Source of the DNA: Fistulifera solaris
Taxonomy: Eukaryota
Direction of reading: 5' to 3'
NCBI GenBank assembly: GCA_030295235.1
Contig: AP026129.1
Span: 930,001 to 994,000 of the forward strand
Length of the DNA: 64,000 nucleotides
Below, piece after piece: positions 1 to 12,025 of the stretch. A program made the position numbers and the translations under genes. The notes under the pieces were generated by a model. It searched no databases. It had not been told where the DNA came from and saw nothing but the letters and a program-made list of their open reading frames with translations. Each line of letters begins with the position of its first letter. The stretch's first letter is position 1.

Positions 1-527
1 TCGTTGATGCATCCAAGATTGATCTTCCGACGTGACGATTCCCTGCCCTAGAATGACGAGAAAATGCTTGTACGTGTTGTGAACATCCTTTTGACGTGCG
101 AAATTTTGCTTTGCAAGACGTATTTGAGCAAGACGGGGTCCGCGATACTAAACATCGTTTTGCCGAGGAGCGTAAAGCATACAATGGGTCCGTAAGCGAG
201 ATGCCATGTCGTCAGTAAATCCCAAGGCCGATACCGTAGAAAGTTGAGGGCTTGTCCTAGGATGGGATACGCCCGTCCCTGTTTCGGGTGGTGCATGTAG
301 GGCATACCGTAGATTCGTCCGGTTCTCCGTGACTGTTCGTTCCAGGCGAAAAGAGCCAAAACTCCTCCCAATACAATAGCCGACACGAAGGCAAAGGGAC
401 GTTCTTGCCATAGGGAATGAAGATGATTCCTTAGGAATGAATAATAAAAAACGAAATAAAGGTGCTTGTTGTCATTGGTAGTCTTCGTTTGATTGGCGAA
501 AGCGTCGAGCGACGATGTTATTGTCAT
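1..527 (-). CDS. Cytochrome P450, N-terminal part; runs off the window start
   Basis: N-terminal TM anchor followed by YPILGQAL..WHLAYGPIV. After a 1-nt shift in the A run near 89-92 the frame continues HVKKDVHNTYKHFLVILGQGIVTSEDQSWMHQR, the P450 B'/C-helix G-x-x-T-S-x4-W-x3-R pattern. Confidence 0.8.
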
Positions 528-1258
528 TGCCGCAATGAGAATCACGTTCTTATTTGTAAACACTCTTTCGCGACAGCAAGAAAAGGCAAATTTCTTTGTT
601 TTAGTCGATGACAAATAAGGGAAAAGTATGAAGTGATAGGAAACAGTATTAGCAAGAAAGGAAAGAGGGTTCGTGTTTTTGCTTATTATCCTTGCATCGT
701 CCCTTTCTCGCCTCCACCCGATACCAGTACCAGGTAGCGCAAAAATGCGACGAAACATCGGTAGCATTTTTTTGTTGCGTTTTGCGTTTGTCCGACGTTT
801 CGGGGATGTCTAAGCGGTACTCCGGAGTACTACAGAATGCAAGTGTTTTCTGTCTGATTTTTACCACGATGTTATTTGGATCGAACGATCGATCATCTGT
901 ATTTTTATGTTGAAACGACATTTGCGTTGAATTGATATGCATAAATCCGTTTTGACTTTTATGCTCTTTCGGTGAGCCCACCCACCGTTTTACAAATTTG
1001 AGTTAGCAAACAACCGAGCATGCCGATTAAGAGGTTTCCGAGTATTCTTGTTGCGACTTGGCCGGAAGCGTTGCCACATCCGGAGGAGACCGAAATTCTG
1101 TCGGTCGTCGTGTACCCGGATTGTATGCGATGGGGGTTACATGTGCGTGTTCACGATCATTTTCGTGTCAAGTGCTGGTGGAAGTAAGTGTAGCATCGTA
1201 GGGAATAGTCGCGGATTACTACATCGCACATCGTTTTTTAGTTGACTAGCTCATCGAT

Positions 1259-2803
1259 GTGTTCCTTCCAAAAGAGTTGTTAACAACCATTTTTTGCATC
1301 TGCAGAACATTTGGTTCCACCTTACCCGAAGATGAGTCGCTTTCGCTCATCGATATATTGCCCCCTTATGTACATCCATCCTTCATGGGAAATCGCATCG
1401 GATCGCAAGCGATTCAAGAATGGTCCTTTGTTCGGCGCATACCGTTCTGGACGGTGTACGTAATGACCGTGGATAAGACAATCGATGCGGCCCCGGTGTT
1501 GCAACATCTTTTTCGGGATGTTCCCTGTCGTTTGTTTGCTGTGCAGCATTCTGATTTCTTTGCGGACCAAGCGGCCGACATTCAAGATGTTCCTATCTCT
1601 CTCGTGTCATCGCTGCAGGCCGTTTTGCGTGATGCCGAACAAGAGGACGGGCCACCGCCATCGATCTTGCTGTTGGATACGAATCAAACGCCTTTGCAAT
1701 ACGCAGCGTGTGATGGAACTCAAGTTCTTGGTTTCGGTACCGGTCCTTCGTGGAACATTCCGCTCTCCGGTCCGCAAGAAATTTTTCGCGCTCCAGAGTC
1801 ACTAAACCCAGCAATCTTCCTGCGTATCAGCAGCTCATCGGGATCGTATACGCGTGGGAACATCAAACGAAACACAAAAAACAGTGCATTTGGATCTATG
1901 GTAGTAATAAGAGCCATGTGGAGCGGATCGAAGGCATTCTCAAACAAGAGTTAGGCAGCAACATGACCATCAGAACCATCCCCGATCTCGTTCATCGGGG
2001 TATCGATGAGGTTTTGAAAGAGCAAACCCGCATACATGGCGAAATGAGTGAGCCGATGGATCTTGTTTTGGTAGGACAGCGCATCAAAATAAAATTGTCA
2101 GAACAAGCGTATGTGTTCGCAACGATACGAAACAGGATCCCCGGGACAAGCAAAGCTGCTAGTATTCAGGAATATCAATACAACGTAGAATTGGATGATG
2201 GAAAACATCAGCAAGTGCTTCGTATGGAGCAAATATTGTGTATGTTCATTTTGGAATGGCTGTGACTCGTGTGGGTCCCCGAAACCTTGTTCTCACTTCC
2301 TTTTGCCCTTTTGATCAATAATCGTTCAGTATCCATAGAATTTTACATTGAGCACATGAAAGAAGAGAAGAACTTTTTATCCCAAGATTCAGACGACGAA
2401 TACACGAAATTATCGGACCGAAAGGTTGAGGCGGCCAAATCGGTACTTTCTTTGTTTGAAAAGGAATGGAATCGATTGCGAGCTGCGCAGAAAGGTGTCG
2501 CGACGCACAGCATTCCCCCCGCGAAAGGAGGTACAGAGTTATTCGGAAGTCTCAATGAGCCAGGACGATCGTGATACTTTGCATAAAGCAGCACAAGAAG
2601 CTGATCCGGCTGCCAGTCGAAAACTAAGTTACGTTGGGCGACGAGTTGGCAAGCACTTCAAAGATGGTTTGTTTTACGGGACGGTCAGCAAATGGTTTCC
2701 GGCCGCGGTTGTGGATAATAAAGTCGATTTGTGGTTGGTCGATTATGACGACGGAGATACAGAAGACTATGAAGAAGACGAACTACAAACAATTTTGCTT
2801 TAA
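1259..2803 (+). CDS. Hypothetical protein with C-terminal Tudor-like domain(s); N-terminal part possibly a divergent type III pantothenate-kinase-like fold
   Basis: Chained ORFs 1259-1954, 1750-2265, 2269-2574 and 2426-2803, with a likely intron at about 2240-2329. The C-terminus YVGRRVGKHF..FYGTV..WLVDYDDGDTEDY is Tudor-like. The true start is uncertain. Confidence 0.55.
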
Positions 2804-2878
2804 CGCATTCATTGTGAAACTCTTTGCAAGGAAAGATTAATTGTTAAATAGTCAGTTCAAGTCTTCTTTGTTTTATGC

Positions 2879-4104
2879 TTACAATTTCCTTGCTGCCATC
2901 GACTTTTCATAATTTTGCGTTGCAATGGAGTATAGTAGCACACCAGAAAGACCTATTGCGGATCCAATACCCGCTTGAAAAGTAATATGGTTGCCAAATG
3001 TAATGACAGAGGCAACCATGATGAAGACGCGCTTCATGGTATTCCCGACAGCAAGTGTTATGGGATGCACTTGACCTAGCGCGAAAAACATGACCTCATT
3101 ATTGATGTAGTGGAAAAATCCAGAGAGTAAAATCGCACGGATCAACAAAAGATATTAGGTTGTTGTTCCACAGCGCTGCTCCAGAGCTTGGGAAACTGCC
3201 GCCCTTCTCCTAATAAAGCCATAGGAATCGATAAAAGAAAGGATGACAATGTCACCAACCCAAATACATTCGGAGGTGTCAAATTTGTGCCGATACCTGC
3301 TGACGACATGGCAACTTTGCTCAAGACAGCTCTCAATGCAAAAGACAGATTACTCGCCATCGCCATCGTGAAAGCGAGCCACGAGAAACTTTTTTCTTTC
3401 AAGCAAGCATACCCTACACCTCCTACAACTGGTAATAGTGTTGCATAAACGGACGCCGGCATCCAAGTTCCAAAACAAACAGCCGCGACGATGGCACTGA
3501 AGAAGGGTTCTAGTGCCTTGACGATATGCGTAAAGGACACTGGACCGGCTCCGAGCGAAAGCATGGTGAAGAGCTGACCTGTAGCATGCCAAAATCCAAC
3601 CTGTCGGGTAGCTTTTCGACCCTGATCTGTTAATACTGGCAGTGGTCTTAATTTGGCAGCCCAAACAATGAGGACGTAGAGTGCACCCACACCCAGCTGC
3701 AGGGATCCCACGATCATGGGAGCCGGTAAAATATTCAAAAGCCTTTTGTTGAGAACTTTTCAGTCGAGAATTGAGATAATTGAACCGATGAATATTCACA
3801 GAAGGAGGAAACCGAACTTACCGTTGTAGACGATATTAAGTGCATACCACAATCCAAAGTAAAACCCAATTTTAAGTCGATGAATTAAATCCTTCCTCAG
3901 ATCACTTGGTTTCGAAGCAACCACTCTTGCTCCTGCTCGAATCTCGACTACATTGGCAGCCAATTTGTGTGAGGTCTCGGAGGGTACTCTTTTGATGGGC
4001 GATTCTATGGGCGAGGGTTGTCGCCATGTTTTGGTCGAATCAGCAGCTTCGATCTGCCAGATCGCGCAAGCGAGTAAGAAGTTTGATAAAGTGGAGATCT
4101 TCAT
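2879..4104 (-). CDS. Triose-phosphate/phosphate translocator family (TPT) protein with signal peptide
   Basis: Motifs YFGLWYALNIVYN, GPVSFTHIVKALEPFF, AMASNLSFALR and HPITLAVGNTMKRVF. Intron at about 3758-3821; frameshift near 3147. Confidence 0.92.
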
Positions 4105-4362
4105 AGAGGATGTTTAAGAAAGGTATGCTGCTAGCCGAGTAAGAGGTCTCATTGCTTGCTGCTGCCGATGATTGATGTCTATCCATACATTTCTTTCAAA
4201 TAACTTATTTTGTGCGACCAGACGTGCAGTAGTTTTTGTGACGCTCGACCCTGAATCCCGAGTCTTCAGTCCTCAATAGAACTAACATGAAGTAACTCTC
4301 AGTGAAAACACGGAGTACTATCGCCGACAAGACGCGGAAAAATACTTAAAACTCAGTTCTTA

Positions 4363-5764
4363 TCATCGGATCATTGAAATGAATTCTTGATTCGCCTTAA
4401 GTAATGAATATAGATGGTTGGTGTCGTTGCTGTGCTTTACCATCGCCGACGTCAGGACAAACGCACGCGTTCCGTCATCATCCAAGCGTGGAATACTACG
4501 AAACCGCATTTCCAAAGATAATTTATTCCATGAGTTCGCAAATTGCTTCTCGTTACTGTCGTTTGAATGGAATAAGAGATCAACGCGGTGATTCTTCCTG
4601 AATAGCTCTTCTAAACCAGCCACCCATTCCGACGAGCTACAAGTATCAGGTTGCGGGAGTATCATGACTTTCCTTAGGGTCTCGCTTGAACCAATTACAT
4701 CCAAAAACTCTTTCCATTGCTCGTCAAAGTCACTCGGCTTGGCAGATATAGCTAATTCTTGCAAACTGTTGTTTGTTCGTAGAGACTCGACCAAGATTTT
4801 TGACAATTCCGGTGACCAGGTTACCCCTTCAAAACACACGCTTTTTAACAAGCATCGTGGACTACCGATTGCTTTCACCAGATCACTCAGCCAAGGTTTG
4901 TTAATGCCTCTTTCCCTAACAATTAGCGTCGAGGCGAACATGGTTCCTGAGCTGATTGCTCTCGTGAGAGGAACGCCGGAACCGTCTTTCATAGTGCAGT
5001 TCTCTAAAGCAAGGCTAGTCACTTTGGCTTGACTTAAACGTCTACAAGTGTCTTCGTTAACATTGAATGAGGCGAGAATGAGCTTGTCGAGAAACAGATG
5101 CTCCATGAATTTGAGATTTTTGACAATAATAGGATCTGACATCCTATTCGCTTCAAATCGAATAGCTCCCGAGCGAGCGATCTTTTGTCAAGAAGAAGTC
5201 CTATATAGGACACCATGAAGTGGCAGTCTTCATCAAAGGAACAGCCAGACAAAGTAATGTCTACCGTTGTCGAACTTTTCAAAAGAGCAGCGGCCTGTTG
5301 CGGATCGAAGGTGCAACTTTCAAATATGTACTGACGCTTCGCATTCTTGGAGAAGAACGACAGCATCTCATCTCCAGTAAAAAAGCTTGTTCCAATGAAA
5401 CCATCCAAAAGTTTGTTTTGTCTCCGTGAGTCACCACCGACTGGTAGTAATCATCGGGCAGTTGCAAAATGCGGGCCGTAGCAGCTGCCACAGCGCCTCT
5501 GTCGTTCTCAGGACTGAGCACGCTCAATTCTTCCATATCGTCATCATCACGAAATAGTACCATGGATGACTCGGCATATATCACTTCCTCGCATTCGTCC
5601 CATATGCGCGAGGAGTACAAACAAACGAACACATTGGTGGACTCGATCCATAGTTTCCGACCGCCACGGAGTTCGTCGATCAAAGTTTGAAGGTTCGGAA
5701 CTTCATCCAGGTGAGTGATACGATACTGTCCTCCTTTTATTATTTGGACATTACTAGTCGCCAT
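4363..5764 (-). CDS. LRR/RNI-like hypothetical protein of a lineage-expanded family, frameshifted
   Basis: Three overlapping ORFs (5279-5764, 5034-5408, 4363-5142). RNI-like segment LVESLRTNNSLQELAI and C-terminal LYSLLKANQE-type ending. Confidence 0.6.
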
Positions 5765-6119
5765 GGTTTGATTTCATGTGTTCTGATGATCATCGGATTT
5801 AGTTAAATGAGATAAATAATAAATCGGCGAGCGACGAAAAAATGAAGCAAAACAAAATCACAAGTGGTGCGCGTGCTGTGCACTCATTTAGACTGTAGTC
5901 TTGTGAGTCGTACCAAGATTGATTGTTGTTTCTTAGATAATACATTCAATACCGGAAACGCCGGCAAGGCTTATTTTGCTCCCTAATGGTCTCCGCCGTT
6001 GTTGTGCCCTTTGTTGGGAATGCATTACAACTATTTATTATTACTCCGTATTAATTTGCATCGCAACAAACGCAAACACGCACAACCACCACAATCTATG
6101 GTATTGCAGAGAAAACGAC

Positions 6120-7351
6120 ATGCCTCCAAACAACAGCACGGAGAAACCCAGAGAAACAAATCCTCATTGGAAGGGATATTGCTTCCTCATATTATCGAGT
6201 CTCATTAATTTTTGCGCCATCAGCAACGTCCCCGAACACGGCAATTTTGTCGGGTACAAGTTTGTATCCGTATGTTTCGGTGTCTTCACATTCTGTTTAG
6301 GGATCTGTATTCTTTTTTTGGACTATGTGGATTGTTTTGTTCTCTATAAAGTATGGGATGGCAAGTTGGAGGGTTGTCTTCTTTCCTTTTGTGTCTTGTG
6401 GTGGATTGCGGGGGTCGCCTACACGACGCAAGTGGATGGCATTGGATATGTACGTCACTTGAGATAGCTATGTGTTACTACATTTCTTCCTCATTTGTGC
6501 TACGCTTCGTATCATTTTGGTACCTTCAGGTCGTAATGAACATTTACGTCACTTCATGGCTATCTTTGGTGTGTTCCGTTTACACTTGGAATTTGTGGTC
6601 GGCCAAACGAGACCTTTTGTCCATCCAGGAGCTAACTGGCGTGAGTGTCACGCTCAAAGCATGGTATATACTATTCATTGCATCTCTCGTCGTCACCGGC
6701 ACGACGATTAATGTGGCTATTGCCGACATGTACGGTAACGGCTGGGAAAACATGGGCAATCTATTCGGAATCAGTTTGGGACTATTCTCTTCAGCGGTAT
6801 CCTTGGCGTTTATTTTATTGCACTATCGATTGATTGATGTGTGCACAAAAGGTGGCTGGCACGAGTTTGTAGCTTCATTAGTAATGATTGCAATGTGGAC
6901 GACTGGCTGTGCCATATTGACACGCGAAGGCGCCATCGGATCAACGATAGTAGGACGTGGTTGCACCACCTTTCTTCGCGAGAAAGAGGAGAATGGAGAC
7001 TTTCAAACGGATCTATATCAACCAAGTATGACTGTCAGTGCTGACGAATGTCGTGTCTTGGTTTCCTCTGTCAATACTACGAACTTCGTGGTTCTCAATG
7101 GAACACTGCCTTGCTCGGCATTCATCCAATACACACTGGATCGCGAAGTACAAATACCCGGTTCGAACCTCTACGTCTCAGTTTGGCTTTGTTTGGCGGC
7201 TTCGATTCAAATCGCATTGCGCTGGAAAGCCCAGCAGGCTGTCCAGCTGGCAGCCCGTGCTCATCAAGGCCGACAGGAGGAGCAAGACATTGGTGCCCGA
7301 AATAATGACGACGTTGCAGATTTGGATGATTTCGTGGAGGCCAATGAATAA
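6120..7351 (+). CDS. Multi-pass membrane protein of unknown function, with internally repeated TM blocks
   Basis: ATG at 6120 and GT-AG intron at about 6450-6529. Repeated motifs (G)KLEG..W..G....T...GIG / GWHE...W..G....T..G.IG and N.Y.S.WL. Confidence 0.65.
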
Positions 7352-7369
7352 TGACATACTTGTCAGAGC

Positions 7370-9022
7370 TTAAGGGCACGTATCTTTGGGGCTTCCGTCC
7401 TCCTTCATCCACGGTAACCAGCCTATTCTTGCCATGGTGGGTTTGCAATGGCCATCCTCTTTGTCAGGGTCGTAAAATTCCGTACCTTCGCACCAACCGA
7501 CAGAGCCCGAATTTATACTGCCAAAATACTTGATCAAAGAGTTTATCGCCTGACTTCGCAAATTGGCCCAGATTTGTTTCTTTTCGGACATTCCCGACCC
7601 GCAGTCCCAACAGATTCCACCAATCCCACCTTTCTCGTGGGCAGGCCCTCCGCCGATGCCGTTGTTCTCAAGCTGAACGACTTGTTTTTCGCTCTCGCCT
7701 GTCATGAGTCGTTCTTCCTCTTCATTTTCCTCCTCTTTTTCTGCGGCTTTCTCTTCTAGACCAGTCTCTTCGAGTCGACGCCCACCATGGCGCTTTACTG
7801 TTCCGTCGTCTGGATTCAAGCGTCTGGAATATACTTTCGGCGCTCGGGCCGCCAAGTGCGACACAACTGTACTCACGGTAATATCATCCGGATGAACGGG
7901 ATGTGCCAGCACAAATTGCCGAATTTCTTCCAGAGCCGGATGCCACAGAAAACACAAGTAATTGGAATGCAACATGCTTCCTGACGGAAGAACCATATTA
8001 GCATCATAGTTCGCAAAGAAACGAAAGTTGTATTCGACTTTGTCGTGCAGATTGTCGCAGTGTGAAATGAAGTGTTTGTCGTTGGGTTCTGGATCCAGTC
8101 GTTGACGTTCCGCTTGTTGCCGCGGGGAATAATCGATCTTTCGAGACATGGCACCAATCTGCGCTCGCGCATTTCGTTTCCACAATTCGAAACCGGATTC
8201 GATGGCCTTGTAGGAGTAGAAAGGACCGTCATCGTCGTAATACAGAATGGCTTTGGTCGTCACTTTGACGATGTCTGGATGATACCGATTCATAAGGTCA
8301 TTTGGGAATCCCATTTTTAACGGATAAACAATGCGCAGAGAGTTGGCAGGATCTTTGGCAAAATCAAGTAATTCCTTGCCTTCGTTCGCCTCATCGATGC
8401 TTCTTGGTCCATTCCATACGACTACGCATTCTTTGACCAAACCTTGAAACGCCTCCCGATTGGTCAACTTTTTGATTTGATTGAGTGTGATTCCCAATCG
8501 ATTGGGATTGTATGCCATGAATATCACCGTCAACTGCGATTCCTGACATTCCGTTTCGGGTGGCATACGACATTGCCATTTGACATCATCATTGTGATTT
8601 CCTTTCTTGTAGTCGGCAATCGCATCAATGATCCCGAACGGTGGTAGTGTTGCCAGTGTTTGATTCTCTTTCCCGAATAGCATCTCGTATTGGTGATCAA
8701 AGCCGTGAAAATCGGCGTCCGCGTGTTGACAATAACTCTTGTGAGCGCGGGCGCGCAGGACGACTGCATCCCAAGCCGGATCCCAGAAGGATGTTCGTTC
8801 GATGATTCTCTTGTGTGGTAGTATTGCGCGTTGTTCGTTAACTCCGTGTTCCTTACTCAAACGAATGATCGAGGAATGACTGTGAAAAAGGATCATGAAC
8901 CATCCTAAAGCGGTGATTATGAAGCATTGCAGAAAATATTGGATCCGAAATATTGATTTCTTGGGTCCATCTTTCTGTGTACTCTTCAAACTGGGACGAC
9001 TTTGTTGCTGTGGAAGAGACAT
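7370..9022 (-). CDS. Glycosyltransferase family 64 (exostosin C-terminal/EXTL2-like), type II membrane protein
   Basis: 550-aa ORF with an N-terminal TM, ECVVVWNG, NDLMNRY, AILYYDDD (DxD), GFELWKRN and PDDI. Confidence 0.85.
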   Translation of the reverse strand: MSLPQQQSRPSLKSTQKDGPKKSIFRIQYFLQCFIITALGWFMILFHSHSSIIRLSKEHGVNEQRAILPHKRIIERTSFWDPAWDAVVLRARAHKSYCQHADADFHGFDHQYEMLFGKENQTLATLPPFGIIDAIADYKKGNHNDDVKWQCRMPPETECQESQLTVIFMAYNPNRLGITLNQIKKLTNREAFQGLVKECVVVWNGPRSIDEANEGKELLDFAKDPANSLRIVYPLKMGFPNDLMNRYHPDIVKVTTKAILYYDDDGPFYSYKAIESGFELWKRNARAQIGAMSRKIDYSPRQQAERQRLDPEPNDKHFISHCDNLHDKVEYNFRFFANYDANMVLPSGSMLHSNYLCFLWHPALEEIRQFVLAHPVHPDDITVSTVVSHLAARAPKVYSRRLNPDDGTVKRHGGRRLEETGLEEKAAEKEEENEEEERLMTGESEKQVVQLENNGIGGGPAHEKGGIGGICWDCGSGMSEKKQIWANLRSQAINSLIKYFGSINSGSVGWCEGTEFYDPDKEDGHCKPTMARIGWLPWMKEDGSPKDTCP

Positions 9023-9395
9023 GTTGTTGTTATTCTTGAAACGAATACATTGACAGTCAACAAATACTCTTCGTTTGTTTTTGTTTTTTCGTTTTTCGTT
9101 TGTGTTTTCTCGCCCGTGCGAGGATGACGAAAAAAATGACCCTTGACCTCACTAGCGTTAAGGTGAAACAAACATTTTTCACTATTACGTAAAGTGTAGG
9201 CGACCTTTTCCCATGACTGAATTCATGTTTCAGTCACGGAAATGGTTGACTGCACTATTTCGAGTGGATGACCTTTTCTCCTTGATATTTTAAAATAAGA
9301 GAGAGCTCAGCTAGACTAGTTCTTCTTGTAGTGAATAACTGACAATTGATAACTGCATAGAGGAGTATAGAATTGGTCTATAGCTACTTCCATTT

Positions 9396-10465
9396 TTAAA
9401 AACTATCTAACGGATCTCCAACATCCATAACCAACTCGGATCTTGGACGACGTATGGCTGTACTAGCTGGACGCGTTTGCCTTTTTCTTTTCCATGCTGC
9501 CCTTAATTTACTTGCTTCCTCTTCTTCGTCTCTGTTTTTGTAAGTGACGGCATTTTCGAGGGATTGGATGGCACTATCCGCTTCGTCCAAGGATGTTTTG
9601 GGATCCATCATGGCTACTTTGGCCAATCGTAACAGAGCCTTTAAATTGCGAGGGTCTTTTTTTCAATAAAGCCGCTCCCGCCTGCTTCGCTAAACCATAC
9701 TGTTTCGCTCTCATGTGCAGCGCCAAAATATTGTTATACGAATCAATCATCAGTTGCCGTGCTTCCTTGTATTGCGGATGATCAGTGCCGACTTGTTGAA
9801 AATACGTTCCATCCACCAAGACTTCCATGTCTTTGGCGGATTTCTCGTACAATCGTAGCGCCCGGTCCTTTCGTTGGGGCCATTCGCACAGATACAAATC
9901 GTTGGCGATCATTTTGCGGGTATTAGTCTTTTGCAGTGTAAAGTAAGGATTGAGTCGGGACGTGTCTTTGACTTTCATGGCGCGCGTAATCTGATACAAG
10001 ACGCTGGAATTGGGAGGCAATGTATATTTGTCATTCCCCCCAGGAATAGGTACGAGGATGGGGACCATACGCGTACTTCGCAGTAGACCACGCCCGAGCA
10101 GTTTGATGATTCAGCATGTGAGTCAAGGCAATATCCAACGCATCAGCTATCTCGTTTTGCCCGACTACGACGAGCCAACTCGTGGCTTTCTGACAAAGAG
10201 GGCCATCTGTGTTGTCCTTGTCATTTGTTTGGTGAACAGTAAAATCGACCAGAACAGCATCACCAGCTTTTATTTCGGGAGAATCACCCGATGATTCCAG
10301 CAATTTCTGATTTTGTAAAGGCTGATCACAGATCTAGGATTCAAAAAGATACACGCAGGTGAGTCTAGAGGGAATGGCCGTGTAAAACTTCCATGATAGG
10401 ATTCAAATACTATATACCTTGAGGAGCAAATCTTGTCCTCGTAGCTCAATCCATTCGCTCGCCAT
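9396..10465 (-). CDS. FKBP-type peptidyl-prolyl isomerase with TPR region (FKBP8-like)
   Basis: GDAVLVDFT..VVVGQNEIADALDIAL..STAKYAYG..LPPNSSVLYQI, followed by TPR-like helices. First exon MASEWIELRGQDLLLK, intron at about 10331-10417, homopolymer frameshifts. Confidence 0.75.
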
Positions 10466-11027
10466 TACCCTAAATGTAATCAGCCGTATATTGATTTGAC
10501 AAAATGTTCTTTTTTAATGGTTAAAATGCCAATGATTTTAAATAAGATGCTGTTGTTGTTGAAAAACGCGGGTATGATGTGCGATGCGGGGTCATACTTA
10601 TGTCCGTGATTACTTTGTAAATCACTCCGGTGTTTGCTGAAGATGTCCGCGAATGTCGTACCACTACTTCAACGGTCGACGTAGGCGTGCACAAGGCGAG
10701 CACGAGCACAAAACGTGTGTTGAGTTTATGGAATGTTGCCGATCTGTCGGGTCAAAGGCGGTGTTGTATCCATGACTTTGTCATTCAGAGAAGCATATCG
10801 AATGCGCTGTATTCATTCGTCTGTCTTCCATGAACCCCGAACGGCGCATTCGAAGATGCACGGCAGCCGTCAAGCTATAAGCCCCACGGAACAACGTGTG
10901 CTATCGACACCGACCACACGCGTCGCGCGTGCTACACTTCGCCCTACCCGTGCTTTGCAAAACTGCACATTAACACGTTATTGTCAAATCACTTCACAAA
11001 TTTTGTGCCTTCAACACTACAACAACA

Positions 11028-11675
11028 ATGTTTAGTTCTGCTGCTGTGACCTCTTTGCTGGTTGCCTCTGTGGCAAACGCTTGGGTGATTGCACCCCAAG
11101 CGCAACGATCTTTCACTCGATTGGATGCCGCCGTCGGTATCTTCTACGGAACTTGCACGGGCAGCACCAGCGAAGCGGCCGATCTGATCCACCAGGCCTT
11201 CGGTTCCGGTGTCGCCGCCGAACCCATTGATGTCGATGGCCTTACGGACGATGCTCTCGCCGCCTCGTTGAAAGAACACGACGCTTTGATCGTAGGAGCC
11301 CCAACTTGGAACACGGGTGCCGAGTCGGAGTGCAGTGGTACGGGCTGGGACAAGTTCTATTACTCCAAATTGCCCGCGATGAAATCGGAGCTCAGCGGCA
11401 AGAAGGTCGCTGTCTTTGGTTTGGGTGACCAGAGCAGCTATTCGGAGTACTTTTGCGACGCTGCTGGTGAAATCTGGGATGTTTTTAACGGACTGGACTG
11501 CAAGATGTTGGGCGCCTGGAGCCAAGATGGATACGAGCACGAGGACTCGAAGAGCATCCGCGGTGACAAGTTCTGTGGCTTGTTGCTCGATGCCGTTAAC
11601 CAAGAAGATATGACGGAGGATCGCGTGAAGCAGTGGGTAGCGCAGTTGATCGATGAAGGAATCCTTGCCAAGTAG
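11028..11675 (+). CDS. Plastid long-chain flavodoxin, short diverged paralogue
   Basis: Signal peptide plus ANAW transit start; VGIFYGTCTGST, IVGAPTWNTG, KKVAVFGLGDQ and FCGLLLDAVNQ. Confidence 0.95.
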   Translation: MFSSAAVTSLLVASVANAWVIAPQAQRSFTRLDAAVGIFYGTCTGSTSEAADLIHQAFGSGVAAEPIDVDGLTDDALAASLKEHDALIVGAPTWNTGAESECSGTGWDKFYYSKLPAMKSELSGKKVAVFGLGDQSSYSEYFCDAAGEIWDVFNGLDCKMLGAWSQDGYEHEDSKSIRGDKFCGLLLDAVNQEDMTEDRVKQWVAQLIDEGILAK

Positions 11676-12025
11676 AAGCCTAAATATATCCTAAATATAT
11701 AGAAAACTGCTTTAGTTTTCTCTAATTATTTAGTCTCTCGATGATGTATCGTCATCGCCTACGTACGACGTAATCTCGCACTGGTTACGTCACATATCAA
11801 CATCATGTACCGTAATAGGCTTACCGGTACCGCTTTCTTTCATTTCTACTGTGGTCTCTAAAGGCAATCGTTCTGTCCTTTGCCAGCTGCTGTTGTACTT
11901 TCTAGGTTAGAGTATACAGCGGACGAGCTCTTGATCGTTGATAGTAGTAGATTGATGGATCTGAAAAAAGCGTTCTTCTCCTTCTTCTCTGTTGCTCTCA
12001 TAATGAATTCGTCTTCGTTTTCACG

